This document shows, piece after piece, positions 1 through 10,171 of a stretch of 64,000 nucleotides of DNA. The number at the start of each line of letters is the position of its first letter. The first letter of the stretch is position 1. Under the pieces are notes generated by a model that saw only the letters and a program-made list of their open reading frames with translations, did not search any database and was not told where the DNA came from. This stretch comes from Spirochaetia bacterium (GTDB taxonomy: Bacteria > Spirochaetota > Spirochaetia > CADAEX01): the NCBI GenBank assembly GCA_963662265.2, contig CAXXHA010000011.1, forward strand, positions 64,001-128,000, given 5' to 3'. The position numbers and the translations under genes are program-made.

Positions 1-445
1 AGGACTCACAGTAAAAAATAATTCTCCCAGATACATTTATTGCTACAAAAGTTGTATTTACAAAATGCAGAAATGAGATTGTTGTAATAAATGATGAGGA
101 TATCGACCGGATAGTGACTATAGACAGGGAAAAAATTTTCAACAGGCAAGGATGGGCCTTCTTTATTACAACAAGTATCCTGTTTACAATAAAGAGGGGC
201 GTGTTTTATGCTAAAAACGGAAAACTCCCGGATGAATTCAATAAAAAACTGATGCACGGAATAATTATTCTCAACAGTGATAAATCCGGCTGCTTTATTG
301 CTGACAGGATACTTTTTACCCAGATAATACCTGCAGACAGGTTTTTTTCTCCTTGAAAGGGGAAGTTCCTTATCTTTCATATCTCAAGATTGCAGGGATG
401 GATAATGAACTATCATATTTGCATTCAGAAATACTAAGCTATTAA
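1..445 (+). CDS. 3' end of a frameshifted gene, possibly the C-terminus of a CheA-like kinase (HATPase end plus CheW-like domain)
   Basis: Joining frames across the A6 run at 13-18 gives GLTVKIILPDTFIATKVVFTKCRNEIVVINDEDIDRIVTIDREKIF, resembling the CheA G-T-x-F-x-I-x-LP-x-T junction. It includes ORF 114..356; the last frame ends at TAA 443-445. Confidence 0.3.
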
Positions 446-745
446 AATTATCTGTTTGCGGCAATTATTTCTTCATTATTGCATGATTTTCCCCTTTTTA
501 TGATTTTTAAAAATGGTATATAATTGGCAGAAATTGTAATATTAAAAATCTTTTCCATTTAAATATTTCTTTAATAAAACAAGAAACAATCTAAATACGC
601 ATTGTAACCAGGTTTGGGAAACTGACACTCAACAAGCCTGAAAACATAAAAATGAAGTTTTTACAGTATGAGTATTGATTGTATTGAATAATCTGATTTG
701 AACAGTCAGTTTTCAGATATCTGAAAACAATGAGCCGGGATTGGG

Positions 746-2120
746 ATGAATACAGGATTAAACAGAAAATATACAGCAATTTCTGTTGCATTATTAATTT
801 TTTTATTGATTACTCTTTTTTTTTGTGTTTTAAAAATACTGGTAAAGATGCTGAACAAAATAGTGATGATCTTATCACAATTCTATGGGCTGACTGGGCC
901 CCTGCCGACTATCTGAAAAAACTGTCAGAAGATTTTACAGAAGAAACAGGAATTAAAGTTGTTATAGAAAAAGAATCATGGGGGACATGGCAGAAAATCT
1001 TTTTTGACGAGATGAAAGTCAAAGGGAAAAAGTATGACATGGTTGTCGGTGATTCACAATGGCTCGGTAGGGGGGTTATTGAGGGACATTATGTATCTCT
1101 TTCAAAATGGATAAGAAAAAACAATGTCGAAATGTCCATGACAGAAAACTCCATGAAAGGATATTCCGAATTTCCAAGGGGAAGCGGACAGTTCTGGGCA
1201 ATACCTCTGGAAGGTGATGCCATGGCATTTTCATACAGGAAAGACCTTTTTGAAAATCCTGAAGAGAAAAACAAGTTTAAGAAAAAATACGGATATGATC
1301 TGAAAAGTTCCTGAAAACTGGATTGAACTGAGAGATGCCGCTGAATTTTTTTACAGACCTGATAATGGTTTTTTACGGAATACTTGTATGGACAGAACCT
1401 GATTATGACGGTATAACAATGGGGATTGATGCTTTTATCTGGGGATGGGGTGCTGAAATTGGAAACATCAAGACTCATAAGGTTAAGGGATATTTGAATT
1501 CAGAAGAGGGTATAAATGCTCTTGAATTTTATAAGGAACTGAACAGTTTTAATAATCCGGAATGGAAATACAACTATCTTGATACACACATGAGTTTCCA
1601 ATAATCCGATGATAAACGGAGAAGTGGCAATTGCCATGTGTTATCTTGCTATTGCGCCGGAGCTGCTTAATCCGGAAAACAGCAGGTTTTTATGACAGTA
1701 TAGGTTTTTTTTCCAACTCCTGAAGGACCTTCTTCAAGAGCCACATCACTCGGCGGCCAGGGGATTTCTGTTATCAGTTATTCAAAAAAGAAGCATTTAA
1801 GTTTTAAATTTCTGGAATGGTTTATAAGGGATGATGTACAGGAGAAATGGAGTGAACTGGGGGGATTAAGCTGCAACCGAAATGTTCTTGAATCAGACAA
1901 ATTTCTTTCTGCATCTCCCATAAACAAACCTTACCGGGATTCTATTGAAATAGTCCGGGATTTCTGGGCTGTGCCTGAATATACTGAACTTCTTGCCGCA
2001 TCTCAGGAATGCTGGAGTCAGTATATTGATACAGATGAAATCAGCGCTGAAAAAGCGATGAATATGTTAGCTGAAAAATGGGAGGATATTTTTGATCAGG
2101 CCGGGTACTACAAAGAGTAA
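746..2120 (+). CDS. Sugar ABC-type extracellular solute-binding protein (family 1), split by several frameshifts
   Basis: ORFs 730..1314 and 1335..1604 plus downstream fragments. Motifs ITILWADWAPA, FTEETGIKV, YDMVVGDSQW, AFSYRKDLF and SLGGQGISV. Hydrophobic N-terminus from ATG 746; stop TAA 2118-2120. Confidence 0.8.
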
Positions 2121-4619
2121 CAAAATAAGAAAAATATTTTTTTCCATAAGAGGGAAAATTCTCATCTTATGTATCTGCCTTGTATCAATTCCTGTATTTG
2201 TCCTCGGGATATTCAGTTATCAGGTATTCAAGAAACAGGCATATAATCAGACTATTGAAGAACTGAAAGATATAGCCGGCAACTGGGAAACAATAATATA
2301 TAAACAGATAGAAAACATCTCAATTGTGCTCTCGAGAGAGGAAATACTTGTTCAGCAGAGACTGAAGACTATTAATAATGCTGTCAAAATAATGATTGGG
2401 AATTATGCGGATACCCCTTCTGATACTATGGAAGTATTAAAGGGGCTTAACAATATCAGGATATCAAAAAACGGGTATATGACAATATTTGACAGGGACG
2501 GTTTTTTATACCTTACAAGGAGCGGTATAAATCCGGGAGGAAATATTTACAATAAAAAATCAGTACCAGACTGATTTTATTTCAAAAATTCTGCTTCAGG
2601 AAAACACTCTTATAAACGGGGATATAATAATATTAAAGCACCTGTGGCAGGAAGATGAGAGTGGTTAATCCGAGGAAAAGTTCTTTCGGCAGTTTCATTT
2701 TTACAAACCCCTGGGAATTGTTTATCTGTGTACATATCTATGAGTCTGATTATAAGAGTATTAAATATGAAGACAGGGTGAAGCGAGATCTCCGTTTTAT
2801 GATGGCGGATCAGGGAAATCGGGAAGAAGGGATATCTTTTTGCAATCAATACTGATGGAGAGTATGTGGTATCCAAGGATAACCTGAGGAGATGGAGAAA
2901 AATATTATTGATGATCTGACTTCAGACGGAAGAAAGATAATGCATGAAATTATTGATAAAAATATCGTGTCCGGGGGGGGGATATTTTTCTTGATTTTTA
3001 ATTTTACATGGTCAGATATAATAACAGGGAAATATTATAAGAGAATAGCGGTTACAAAATATATACCTGAATGGAACTGGATAATCGGCGCTTCAATGTT
3101 TCATGATGATTTTTTTAAATATTCTTACTGTTCTTAAAAAGTATATAGCATATCTGGTTGTGATTTTCTGTCGTAGCAGGTTCGTTTTTTGCAATATTAC
3201 TTTCAAATCTGCTTACTCTCCCCCATACTTAAACTTGATGAGGTTAATGAGAAAAGCTTCAATAGGTGATTTTGAAAACAGAAGTTGATGAAGTTATAGT
3301 GAGGTCTAATGATGAAATATCAAGTCTTGCAGATACTTTCAGCAGCATGATGAAAAAACTGAAGGAAAGAAGGGAGAGTCTGAATGAAGAGAAGGTTCTG
3401 CTTTCAACACTAATAGATTCATCTCCTGATCCTACTTATTTCCAGGATACAGAAGGATATTATCTTAACTGTAACAAATCATTTGAAAAGCTTATTTAAA
3501 ATAAAGAAAATGTATCTGCTGGGTAAAAAGGATTCATCTTTTCTGCCTCACAATGTCATAGAATCATTTATAAGCCTTAACAGGAAATCGCTTTCAGATG
3601 GCAAACTCGCTGTAAAGGAAATCTATATTGAGAACGGCAAAATTCTTGAAACAGTTACAAACCCCTTCTATGACAGGGAAGGTATGCTTCAGGGGGTAAT
3701 AGGTGTCAGCCGGGATATAACAGAAAGAGTTGAAATAGAGAAAGCTCTCAGGGAAAGTGAAAAAAAATTCAGGCAGATAATTGAAAATGCAAGTGATATT
3801 ATTTTCACAATGACGGTTGACGGTATAATTCTTGAAATGTCAAAAAGCTGGTCAAGTCATCTTGGTTATGATACAGATAAGATTAAAGGAAAAACATTTC
3901 AGAGGTTTTGTACACCATGATGATGCTGAAAAAGCGGAAGAAATATTAAAAGAATTCTATAAAAACAATAAGGCTACTCTTGACTACCGTGTTTATACAA
4001 AAAGCGGTTTAATGAAATGGCATACATGTAACGCCCACACTGATTAAGGACGGAAATGATAAACCGCTTTATATTATAGGGTGTTTCAAGAGATATAACA
4101 GAAATGAAAAAGCATTTTGAAAAAAATCCAGAGTGAAGCGGAACTTGACTCCCTTACTGGTATATATAACAGGAGAATGCTTGATAATTTCATTGAATCT
4201 GAAATAGCAAAAGCTAATCACTATAAGAGTAAATTTGGTTATCCTGATGATTGATCTCGATTATTTCAAGAGGGTCAATGATAATTACGGGCCATGATAA
4301 GGGGGACGAGGTCCTTAAAAACCAGCACATCTATATTCAAGGCAAATATCAGGCAGTCTGATATTATTGCCCGTTACGGAGGCGAGGAATTTGTTGATAA
4401 TTGCAAAGAATACAGATGTTGAAAGGGGAATAATCCTGGGTGATAAAAATCCGAAAGGCACTGGAGGAATATGATTTCTGCCTGTCTGATCCTGTTACTG
4501 CCAGTATCGGAGTCAGCCAGTATACAGAAAATGATTCCATTGAACTGCTTCTGAAGAAGGCTGATAATGCTCTTTACCGGGCCAAGAACAATGGAAGAAA
4601 CAGGACTGAAGCCAACTGA
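2092..4619 (+). CDS. Membrane diguanylate cyclase (Cache-HAMP-PAS-PAS-GGDEF), split by multiple frameshifts
   Basis: GGAGG RBS at 2081 and TTG start. TM helix; Cache-like fragments (YIPEWNWIIG); HAMP (SNDEISSLADTF); PAS (GVIGVSRDITER). DSLTGIYNRR, I-site RQSD and ARYGGEEF at ~4350-4392. Ends ADNALYRAKNNGRNRTEAN*. Confidence 0.85.
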
Positions 4620-4624
4620 CAGGG

Positions 4625-4779
4625 GTTAAATATATTTTTTTTATAAAAGATTCAGCATTGTACAGCGGGACAGGTCTTGAAAAAAGATATCCCCTGGAAA
4701 TAGTCCACATCCCCATTTTGCAAGATCTTCCTTCTGTCTGTTGTCCCTCAATACCTTCTGCTATGACTTTCAGCCCCAC
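4625..4779 (-). pseudogene. Isolated C-terminal fragment of an EAL phosphodiesterase domain
   Basis: GLKVIAEGIE...GYLFSRPVP, the conserved EAL C-terminal motifs. No upstream part of the domain is recognisable. Confidence 0.65.
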
Positions 4780-4949
4780 AAAAAAAATTATAGTTCAGCC
4801 GAATGAGACTCGTCAAATTTCCGGATACTATTTGATTTTTAATTATGAAGTAATTATAAATTATCCTGAAAAAGCTTAATTATTGTAAAATAAACATTTA
4901 CCCGATATAATTGTAAAAAAAATTAAAAATTGTTATCAGGAGTAAGTTA

Positions 4950-5739
4950 ATGAACCAGAAAAAATCCTTTTTTACTGTCGGTACAGTTATTGGAGAAACA
5001 ATCAATTTCTATACAGACAATTTTATGAAACTATGGATTCCTTATATAATTATCCAGGTTCCGTTTAGTTTTCTGACCAGCTATTTGACCCTCAATATGT
5101 ATGGCAGCCCATTTATATTTATTATTTCCCTGTTAAGCTCATTTGCAACAACTGTAATAGGTCTTTATGTAACTCTTGCCGCAATCAGGCTTTACAGGAA
5201 GAATGAGGCATCTTCCGGATATATTTTAAGCGATATGAAGAAAGTAATAATTTCATATATTCTCCTTCAGATACTGATTATCCTGGGAATTATAGGAGGC
5301 TGTATCCTTCTTATAGTCCCCGGTATTATATTTTCACTCAGGTGGTCTGTTTCAGGCATTTCACTGATAGATGAAAGTCCGGGAATCAGGGGATCTATGA
5401 AAAGAAGTAAAATCCTTACAAAAGGATTCAAGGGGCAGATTTTTGTGGTTTACCTGCTTCTCGTACTTATAGGCTTTGTTCTTCTTTCCGCTTTTTTCCC
5501 TCATGAGCAGCGGAGTTGCAGGGGGATTTTCCGGATTCCTGATGAATTTGTCCTACCAGGGTACAAATCCGTTTAAAATATCAAGTATTATTTATACAGT
5601 CATATCATCACTGATCTATCCCCTTTACCCGGCACTGACTGTGGTGATGTATTATAATCTGAAGAGGGAAAAAGAGGGGTATGAAACAGAAGAACTTGTA
5701 GACTCTTTTCTCGAAGAGGAAACTGGCCAGGAAAGCTGA
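4950..5739 (+). CDS. Polytopic membrane protein (GDPD membrane-domain-like), one frameshift near 5492-5500
   Basis: ORFs 4950..5576 and 5476..5739. Motifs LLIVPGII, SMKRSKILTKG and VMYYNLKREKEG; AGGAG RBS. Confidence 0.7.
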
Positions 5740-5778
5740 CAGGATTTTAATAAGAGAAAGGAAGCAGGATCTGAATAT

Positions 5779-6555
5779 TTGAAATCAAAAAAACTTGTTA
5801 TTGAGACACCCGAAAAAATAATATTCACTTACAATATAGCTGAAATAGGAACCAGAATTGCCGCTTATCTCCTGGATATCCTGTTTCAGCTGATTTTTCT
5901 GATTATAATGTTTATGCTGTTCGGCCTCAGTTTAATATCTGCTGACGCATATGGATCTGATCATGGATATTATTACATGGCTGTGATCTATATTATTCTT
6001 TTCCTTTTTCAGTGGGGCTATTTTCTGTTCTTTGAAACTGTTTTCAACGGCAAAACCCCCGGGAAGAAAATCTGCAATATCAGGGTGATCCGTGATAATG
6101 GGGAAAGGCTTGATTTCCAGAGTCTTGTCATCAGGAATCTGCTGAGAGCAGCGGATTCGCTTCCTGTCCCTTTTTTTAATATTCTCGGGGGACTGGTCGC
6201 AGTAATCAGTAAGCAGAGTAAGCGTCTCGGAGATTATGCTGCCGGAACAATTGTTGTTACAGATTCGCTGTTTACCCTTGATGAGCCTTATTTTGAGACT
6301 CATATCAATTCTGATGAGAGAGCTTTTATTATAAATCCAACAGGAGAAAAACGGCTTAAGGAAAAAGATCTTTATATATTGAGAAAAATTATCAATGAAA
6401 AGGAACAGATGTCTGGTGAATCTGCAGAACGGACTGCTAAAAACATAGTTGATAAACTTGAAAAAATATATGATATATCCGGAATAAGGGATAAAAGTGA
6501 TTTTGAAATAATTGAACAGATATACAAGGCTCATACCTATGAAGACAAAAAGTGA
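5779..6555 (+). CDS. RDD family membrane protein
   Basis: IETPE, GTRIAAYLLD, GKTPGKK..IRV, IRNLLR.AD and KRLGDYAAGTIVV motifs. Confidence 0.9.
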   Translation: MKSKKLVIETPEKIIFTYNIAEIGTRIAAYLLDILFQLIFLIIMFMLFGLSLISADAYGSDHGYYYMAVIYIILFLFQWGYFLFFETVFNGKTPGKKICNIRVIRDNGERLDFQSLVIRNLLRAADSLPVPFFNILGGLVAVISKQSKRLGDYAAGTIVVTDSLFTLDEPYFETHINSDERAFIINPTGEKRLKEKDLYILRKIINEKEQMSGESAERTAKNIVDKLEKIYDISGIRDKSDFEIIEQIYKAHTYEDKK

Positions 6556-7516
6556 AAAATTTGTAGAGGAAAAAAAAGAGAGCTGGGAACAGCTGCTTCT
6601 CCTTGTGAGGAAAATAGAGAGCAAAGGGATAAAAAAACTCTCTCCCGATGAAGCTGAAATTTTTCCAAGGCTCTACAGAAAAACATGCCAGGACCTTGCG
6701 GAAGCAAGAATGCTTGAATTGAGCCCTGATGTGCTTGAATATCTCAATAACCTTACCGGCCAGGCGCATCACATACTCTATTTCATGAAGCCGCTTACAA
6801 GGGATGATATTTCCGTTTTTTTCAGGAAACGACTTCCTTTTTCCCTGATCAGGAATTTCAAATATATATTATTTGCCCTGATCCTTTTCTGGGGATCTGC
6901 AGCAGGCAGCTATTATACAGTGCTTAAATCACCTCAGTTTGCAGAAAGGTTTGTTTCCCCCTCAATCCTCGGTTATATTAGTGAAATGTACAGTGAGCCT
7001 GTTTCAGAAGGAAGGAGCGGAGGAGAAAAGGCACAGATGTCTGCATTCTACATACAGCACAATACATCTATTGCATTCCTGTGTTTCGCAACAGGAATAT
7101 TTCTCGGGATAGGGTCTGTGTATTTCCTGCTTTACAATGGCGTGTTTCTCGGTTCCATTGTGGCATACCTGACAGTTTCCGGGCTGGGGAGCAATATATG
7201 GGAATTTATAACGGCACACAGTTTTCTGGAGCTTAATGCTATTGCAGTTTCAGGAGCTGCAGGAATAAAACTGGGAATTGCTCTTCTTAAATCCTGGCAG
7301 AATTATTCACTCGATTTTCTCAACAGTACAAAGGGTGATATACTTGATCTTGTCGCCTCTTCAGCTATAATGCTTTTTTTTGCAGCACTTATTGAAGGTA
7401 ATATATCGCCTTCCACACTAGGATACAGGTATAAGGCCGCAGTTCTTGTAATTACCATTGCTGTATCTGTTTTCTATTTTTTCATATACCCGCTCAGCCG
7501 TAAGGAAAAGCTGTGA
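6512..7516 (+). CDS. Stage II sporulation protein M-like (SpoIIM/DUF95) membrane protein
   Basis: LYRKTCQDLA, YLNNL, HNTSIAFLCFA.G, NGVFLG, HSFLEL and AALIEG motifs. The true start may be the ATG at 6539. Confidence 0.85.
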   Translation: MNRYTRLIPMKTKSEKFVEEKKESWEQLLLLVRKIESKGIKKLSPDEAEIFPRLYRKTCQDLAEARMLELSPDVLEYLNNLTGQAHHILYFMKPLTRDDISVFFRKRLPFSLIRNFKYILFALILFWGSAAGSYYTVLKSPQFAERFVSPSILGYISEMYSEPVSEGRSGGEKAQMSAFYIQHNTSIAFLCFATGIFLGIGSVYFLLYNGVFLGSIVAYLTVSGLGSNIWEFITAHSFLELNAIAVSGAAGIKLGIALLKSWQNYSLDFLNSTKGDILDLVASSAIMLFFAALIEGNISPSTLGYRYKAAVLVITIAVSVFYFFIYPLSRKEKL

Positions 7517-8142
7517 GAAAAATACTTATCATATTATATCTGATAAATATCTCGGCTGTTTTTCCTCAGCACAGCAGGGAAATAGTAGTGGAAAAACAGG
7601 CAACTGTTCTTTCTGAAATAGACAATGATAACCATGAGAACTGGGATCCGGGTCCTTTTTTTGAAAAAATTGAAAAAATTCTTCATGAAATGAACATTCT
7701 TTATAAAATACTTTTCCTGGTAATGGCAGCTGTAATTTTACTTTTCACCTTTTACAAGCTTCAGGGATTATACCTTGGAAGCAGGTATAATGCTGGATCA
7801 TATAAATATGGTAAAACAGGAAGATTGAACAGTAATGAGAATAGCCCAGGTAATAACTGTTTCTTTGAAAAAGCTCTCTTTTACAGGGACAGGGAAGATT
7901 ATTCAAATGCAATTATTCAGCTGCATATGGGATCCCTGGAATATCTTTACAGTAAGAAGCATCTTGAAGGTTTAAGAGATTACACTAACAGGGAAATTGT
8001 GAGGCTCCTTAGTAATACCGGGCTGTCAGTTGCATTCGGTAAAATTGCGGCAAAGGCTGAGCAGATTACTTTTAACGGTACAGAAGGGGAAGAGGGTGAT
8101 TTTGATAAGCTTCTTCAAATATACAGGAGCAATTTCTCATGA
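7513..8142 (+). CDS. DUF4129-like membrane-anchored protein
   Basis: Single TM segment plus TNRE motif (YTNREI) and E-x-x-x-F-G-like end; located in the RDD/MoxR operon; GTGA overlap with the upstream gene. Confidence 0.6.
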   Translation: MRKILIILYLINISAVFPQHSREIVVEKQATVLSEIDNDNHENWDPGPFFEKIEKILHEMNILYKILFLVMAAVILLFTFYKLQGLYLGSRYNAGSYKYGKTGRLNSNENSPGNNCFFEKALFYRDREDYSNAIIQLHMGSLEYLYSKKHLEGLRDYTNREIVRLLSNTGLSVAFGKIAAKAEQITFNGTEGEEGDFDKLLQIYRSNFS

Positions 8143-9191
8143 CGGCAGGAAAATACTCACCAGCACTGATTCTTTCCATAGCAGGAATAGTCCTTGTAAT
8201 TCTTTTCATGGCAGTCGCGGCTAGCGGTTTCAGCGGTTTCCTCCCAGGCAGTTTTTATTACAAGAACAAAAATGAAAACGGGTTTTATGTTTTCTACAGA
8301 ATTCTTGAGGAACTTGACTACAGGGTTGTTTTTGAAAACCGGTATAAAATCCTGTCCCTGAAAAACGGGACTGTGGTCTATGTGGATATTAATCAAATCG
8401 AGGAAAGCTTCAGGGAAGGGATGCTTGACTGGACAGGGAAGGGAAACAGCCTTGTTCTTTTTGACAGCAGTATTGATGTTTTTTTTGATGAAGAGGCTGT
8501 CAGGTACACGGGAAATATCAGCGGAAATTCGGAAGAGGGGAGCCTTATACAATCAGACCGGGTTTTTAATTCAGATTTTCTTTCAAAACTGAAAAATATC
8601 GATATTGTATTTGAAAACTCTGAAGGGGCTGTGATTGTCCGTACAGAATATGGAAAGGGAACAATACTCCTTGTTTCAGACAGAAATATTTTCAATAACT
8701 TAAGTCTGAGGAAAAGTGAGAATGCAGTACTTCTTGACAGGATATTCTATGAGTTCAGAAACACCCCCCTTTATCTGAGAGAAAAAGGTTCTGAAGTGAT
8801 TTTTGATGCCACTCTTGTCAAGGGTCTTCTCAGGGGAAGGCTTTCCTTATTCACAGTTCATCTGGCAGCAGTTTTTATAATATTCCTTGTCATAAGCGGA
8901 AAGCGGTTTTCAAAACCGCAGAACCTTTCTGCAAGTAAAATCAGGAAAATCAGCGAACATATAAATGCTGTCGGAGTTTTCTACCATAAAGCAGGGGCAT
9001 ATGAAATTATTGAACGGACAGATACAGAATATTTTAAGTGGGTAATATGCAGAAACAGAAAACCGTCAGTTCTGAGCCGGGAAGAATATGAGATAAACAA
9101 AGAGAAAATAGATGGGCTGACTGAGGATGAAACAGCTGAAAGATTTCAAGAAAGAAATAAATGCATAAAAAAAATACGGAGTAAAATATGA
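8139..9191 (+). CDS. DUF4350-like membrane protein
   Basis: N-terminal TM; YGKGTILLVSD..IFNNLSL..ENA; C-terminal TM followed by GKRF and EHINAVG.FY.KA; lies directly before moxR. Confidence 0.65.
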   Translation: MTAGKYSPALILSIAGIVLVILFMAVAASGFSGFLPGSFYYKNKNENGFYVFYRILEELDYRVVFENRYKILSLKNGTVVYVDINQIEESFREGMLDWTGKGNSLVLFDSSIDVFFDEEAVRYTGNISGNSEEGSLIQSDRVFNSDFLSKLKNIDIVFENSEGAVIVRTEYGKGTILLVSDRNIFNNLSLRKSENAVLLDRIFYEFRNTPLYLREKGSEVIFDATLVKGLLRGRLSLFTVHLAAVFIIFLVISGKRFSKPQNLSASKIRKISEHINAVGVFYHKAGAYEIIERTDTEYFKWVICRNRKPSVLSREEYEINKEKIDGLTEDETAERFQERNKCIKKIRSKI

Positions 9192-10171
9192 TGGAAGGGG
9201 AAAATATAAAAAATTACAGGCTGGAAGATATTGCAGAAATATTTGCATCTCTTAAAAAAGAGCTTGGTAAGGTTATTATCGGGCAGGATAAAGTCATAGA
9301 AAACCTTCTGATTGCACTGTTTGCCGGGGGGCATATTCTTATCGAGGGTATTCCCGGACTTGGAAAGACGCTTCTCGCATCAAGCCTTGCCTATATTGTC
9401 AACGGGAGCTATAAGAGGGTCCAGTTTACCCCGGACCTGATGCCTTCAGATATTATAGGGACAACTGTTTACAATTCCGAGAAAAACAGTTTTTCTGTGA
9501 AAAAAGGACCTGTATTTACAAATCTGCTGCTTGCAGATGAAATCAACCGGGCTCCCGCAAAGACGCAGTCTGCACTGCTGCAGGCTATGCAGGAAAAAGA
9601 GGTTACTATTGACGGAAAAGACTATGAGCTTGATAGTTTTTTCACATGTCTTGCAACACAGAATCCCATTGAGATGGAAGGCACCTATCCCCTTCCTGAA
9701 GCCCAGATAGACCGTTTTTTCATGAAAATACATATTGAATACCCCTCTCTTAAAGATGAAAGAGAGATCCTGAAGAAATACAGAAGCGGCTTTGACCATG
9801 AAAACCTTGAAACTACAGGCCTGGGAAGGATAATTGACAGGGAGGATATTCCAGCTGTCAGGAAAGTTCTTAATACTGTGAAAGTCGAAGACAGGATTAT
9901 CGATTACATTACAAGCCTTGTCTCTGCAAGCAGGAATCACCAGGGAATAGATGTCGGAGCTTCACCCAGGGGGTCTGTGGACCTGTTCAGGGCCTGCCGT
10001 GTCGCAGCTGCAGCTTCGGGCAGGGATTTTGTGATTCCCGATGATGTAAAATCAATTGCTTTCCCTGTCCTCCGTCACAGGATAATGCTTAATGTGGAAG
10101 CTGAATTTGAAGGAATAAAGGCTGATGAATATCTTCAGAAAATAATCGATTCAGTTGAAGTACCGAGATGA
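9188..10171 (+). CDS. moxR: MoxR family AAA+ ATPase
   Basis: GHILIEGIPGLGKT (Walker A), RVQFTPDLMPSD, LLADEINRAPAKTQSALL, ATQNPIEMEGTYPLPEAQIDRF, GASPR and VLRHR. Confidence 0.95.
   Translation: MMEGENIKNYRLEDIAEIFASLKKELGKVIIGQDKVIENLLIALFAGGHILIEGIPGLGKTLLASSLAYIVNGSYKRVQFTPDLMPSDIIGTTVYNSEKNSFSVKKGPVFTNLLLADEINRAPAKTQSALLQAMQEKEVTIDGKDYELDSFFTCLATQNPIEMEGTYPLPEAQIDRFFMKIHIEYPSLKDEREILKKYRSGFDHENLETTGLGRIIDREDIPAVRKVLNTVKVEDRIIDYITSLVSASRNHQGIDVGASPRGSVDLFRACRVAAAASGRDFVIPDDVKSIAFPVLRHRIMLNVEAEFEGIKADEYLQKIIDSVEVPR

Noticed and set aside
601-616. ATTGTAACC half-site matching the LacI operator
   Set aside because: The right half (aggtttg) does not match; probably chance.
5932-6624. Long antisense and alternate-frame ORFs (e.g. 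5932..6624, 28562..29062, 29069..29761, 33110..33676, 35286..35834)
   Set aside because: They shadow well-supported genes and show no recognisable motifs.
6512-7516. Evidence for sporulation
   Set aside because: SpoIIM-like (DUF95) proteins occur widely in non-sporulating bacteria within this MoxR operon.
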